A stretch of DNA of 64,000 nucleotides from Squalus acanthias (taxonomy: Eukaryota), in contig CM059432.1 of assembly GCA_030390025.1 (NCBI GenBank), positions 131,442,001 through 131,506,000 on the forward strand, read 5' to 3'. The notes beneath the pieces were generated by a model. That model did not search any database, had not been told where the DNA came from, and saw nothing but the letters and a program-made list of their open reading frames with translations. Positions 61,840-64,000 of the stretch are shown here, in pieces. Within the stretch, counting starts at the first letter, position 1; every line of letters begins with the position of its first letter. Made by a program: the position numbers and the translations under genes.

Positions 61840-62185
61840 TATCTCTGAAACCTCCTCCAGCCCTACAACCCTTCAAGATCTCTGCGCTCCTCTAATTCTG
61901 GCCCCTTGCGAATCCCCGATTTTAATCGCTCCACCATTGGTGACTGTGCCTCCAGCTGCCAAGATCCTAAGCTCTGGAATTCCCTCCCTAAACCTCTCCG
62001 CCTCTCCTCCTTTAAGACGCTGCTTAAAACCTACCTTTTTGACCAAGCTTTTGGTCATCTGTCCTAATATCTCCTTATGTGCCTCGATGTCAAAATTTGT
62101 CTGATAACGCTCCTGTGAAGCGCCTTGGGATGTTTTGCTACGTTAAAGACGCTATATAAATGCAAGCTGTTTTTGATGTTGTTGT
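61840..62185 (+). mobile_element. L2-like LINE 3' fragment
   Basis: Same family as 9837-10150. Confidence 0.72.
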
Positions 62186-62262
62186 AAGTTTGCTGATGAC
62201 TTCAGCAACTTGCAGTTAACTAGCGCCTTTAATGTAGTAAAATGTCCCAAGGCGCTTACAAT

Positions 62263-63005
62263 GGCCCAGAAATTGATCTCACTCTGTTCCCGCGGGGGTA
62301 AGGCATCCCCGCGATCTCTCACTCCGCTTGTGCTTTTTCAGATCCAGCTCGCACGAACTTGGTGTTCCAGACATCAGCTGGGCAGTGCTTGCGTATCCCA
62401 CCGGCGTAGTGAATTCGTGCGAGCTGTGGGATCACGTGACTCAGTTAGAGCCAATGGCAGCACACCATCTTCCATTCATAAGTTTCACATACGTGCTGTG
62501 AAATCTATGATTCTTACACCCCCCAAAATAACAGCTAAACCTCAATTAAATTTTTAAAAAAACCCATCACATTAATAAAATAAGTATAGTTAAATAAATT
62601 AACCATTTTAAATAAAAAATTAAATTTTTGAAAAAATTTAAAATCTTTTAAAAAGTTATAAAAATAAACTTACCTGTCTTTAAAGTCTCTAAAAAAGATA
62701 TACCTGTTAAAAAAAATTCAAAAAAATACTTAATTCACTACTTACCTTGTTAAAAGTGGGTCTTACTCCTCCTTTTTCCATTTCTAAAATCTTCCGTACT
62801 TACCTGCGCGTCCAAAGCATGAAGTGCACAGCGTGCGCGCAGCCTGTAGCGCGCACGCGATGCACCGAGGAACCGCCCCCTTTTCAAAAGAGCAAGTGCC
62901 GGTTTTCAGCGCATGCGCAGGGCATGCAGAAAACCGGCAATTGGAGTGGGAATACGCGAGAGTACGCAGTGCGTACTCTTGCGTCGCGGGATCAATTTCT
63001 GGGCC
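62263..63005. mobile_element. Harbinger-type MITE with AT-rich centre
   Basis: Perfect 16-bp TIRs GGCCCAGAAATTGATC; flanks AAT / ATT. Confidence 0.85.
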
Positions 63006-63679
63006 ATTATAAATGAGCTGTGATACACTCGTTCCCTTTGACAAAGTGAAAATTAGCTCAGCTTTCAATTATGCTGGATTCAGTAGAGCTTCTTTTCGAA
63101 TCTGGCAGGTACAACAATGTCAGATCTGAGTACCTCCCCTTCTGCCCATGAATGATTTTTGGAGCCTGAAGCAAGATATGGCCTTCAGCGTCATGCATGT
63201 TTTTGCGCTCACACTGACATCTCACAGCCTGCACAAAGATTTTTCTTCACCTGTTCTCATCTTAGCTGCTGTGTGAGGACTAGCTAAAGAAATACAAGGT
63301 TTTAAAATAGTTAGAAAACAGTGTGTACAAGTGACCACTAGACAAGTGTGCGCACATCTGCATAGCGCTCACTCCTGTGTGGCAATTGAAAGGCTTAATT
63401 TTCTTCTCTTAAGCTGATGTTTTCCTCAGCCAGTCTTCATGCAATGATCAGTATAATTAGGTGAAATAATGGTTGTGCAATCACTGTGGGAGATTGAGAA
63501 AGAGTGAGGGAGGCAGCTGTTTTTAGGTGTGCAGAATTCGGGAGGGAAATCTATACATCCATTTAAATGGCCAGAAAACTATTGAACTCAAACTGCATCA
63601 GGAGTCAGACCAATGACTGATGTGGGTTTTAGTCGACTCAAAGCCCAGGCACACAGGCACCCAGCACCCTCATTCCTGA

Positions 63680-64000
63680 TTCCATCCCTCTCCCCAACTG
63701 CTTAGTAAGGCTGAATCTGATGTTGCGCAACCTTGGTGTCCTGTTTGACCATGAGCTGAGATTCAATCTATCATCCTATCCATCACCAAGACTGCCTACT
63801 CGACCTCTATAACATTGCCTGCCTCTATCCTGACTTTGCCTCAATGGCTGCTGAAACTTTCAGCCATGGTTTTGTAACCTCCAATAAGTTTCTTGCCAGT
63901 CTCCCGAACTGCATTCTGTACAAACTCCAACTTGTTCAAAACTCCACTGCCCACATCCTATCTCATCAATCAACCCTGCCCTACTGCCCTCCACCCCTAT
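63680..64000 (+). mobile_element. Old L2-like RT C-terminal fragment
   Basis: RNLGVLFDHEL, ITKTAY and KLQLVQNSTA motifs. Confidence 0.65.

Overview
Repeat-dense eukaryotic non-coding DNA, very likely from a cartilaginous fish (inferred from DeuSINE/SacSINE1-like SINEs, esterase-bearing CR1 LINEs and the Penelope/Harbinger repertoire). No host gene is confidently identifiable; there is one candidate 28-nt exon at 231-258. The centrepiece is an apparently intact full-length CR1 LINE (11514-18066). Its 5' UTR is a 25-copy array of an 83-bp CpG-rich monomer. A second, divergent full-length CR1 (3995-8510, minus strand) carries three homologous 73-bp monomers. In all three CR1 copies that span the ORF1/ORF2 junction, ORF1 ends in the slippery heptamer T TTA AAC directly before its stop, with ORF2 open in the -1 frame; in the intact copy ORF2 has no AUG upstream of the endonuclease domain. 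This suggests programmed -1 ribosomal frameshifting. Also present: nested or truncated CR1 and L2 fragments, PIF/Harbinger transposons (HARBI1-like transposase plus Myb/SANT partner) and their MITEs, a hAT MITE, Penelope-like inserts with hammerhead-like motifs, one clear and one probable solo LTR, six DeuSINE-like SINEs and simple repeats. All family assignments come from motif recognition, not database searches.
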